A stretch of 63,986 bases of DNA, the filler included, from Vicugna vicugna (lineage: Eukaryota), in NCBI GenBank assembly GCA_013265495.1. It is 73 parts of 72 records of this genome, joined end to end, with 100 filler letters (N's around TTAATTAATTAA, not from the genome) between each part and the next. Parts side by side here need not be neighbours in the genome. Positions count along the whole stretch, not along the records: positions 63,757 to 63,986 come from MU059981.1; 72 more parts are not named here. One strand, written 5' to 3'. Under the pieces are notes generated by a model. The model was not told where the DNA came from. It ran no database searches and saw only the letters and a program-made list of their open reading frames with translations. Shown here piece after piece: positions 63,757 through 63,986 of the stretch; positions within the stretch are counted from its first letter, which is position 1, and every line of letters begins with the position of its first letter. A program made the translations under genes and the position numbers.

Positions 63757-63986
63757 CTAAACAAGGCATATATACACTTAGAAATATTTACTCTTACTTC
63801 ACAGGTTTTTTTGTATCACCAGGTTCTAATATCGTTCATTTGGCACCAGAAAACACTCTTTGAATGAATTCTCACCTATACACTTGTAATTTACATTGTT
63901 TACATAACCATGGCATTCCGTATTCCGAACATGTTTCATGCATCGCATATTCATCAAACATGTATTTCTGAGTTGTGAACATGCGC
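63757..63986. repeat. SatE satellite
   Basis: Matches 25215-25410. Confidence 0.92.

Overview
This window is not a contiguous locus. It is a concatenation of about 73 short unplaced scaffolds (roughly 0.2-2.1 kb each, many with internal N gaps) from a mammalian draft assembly. About 72 artificial 100-bp spacers (N44-TTAATTAATTAA-N44, stop codons in all six frames) join them, so adjacency across spacers carries no biological meaning. Most pieces are satellite DNA in five families: SatA (GC/CpG-rich, 265-267 bp), SatD (CpG-poor, heterogeneous, 262-266 bp), SatB (247-249 bp), SatE (244-248 bp monomers in a trimer) and SatC (AT-rich heptamer-based). The rest is LINE-1 (5'UTR, ORF1, ORF2, 3' tail), L2, MIR, MLT1/ERV LTRs, a hAT-Charlie fossil and unassigned unique DNA. 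No host protein-coding gene, RNA gene or CRISPR array can be supported. The L1 3' tail looks cetartiodactyl and no ruminant or suid SINEs are seen; a camelid source is my inference. The main hidden structure is that SatA/SatD and SatB/SatE are homologous pairs, each a homogeneous monomeric array plus a diverged higher-order-repeat (HOR) relative. SatC builds local HORs in multiples of 7 bp. One L1 copy has its 5'UTR fused directly to the ORF2 RT region and carries a foreign ~150-bp patch.
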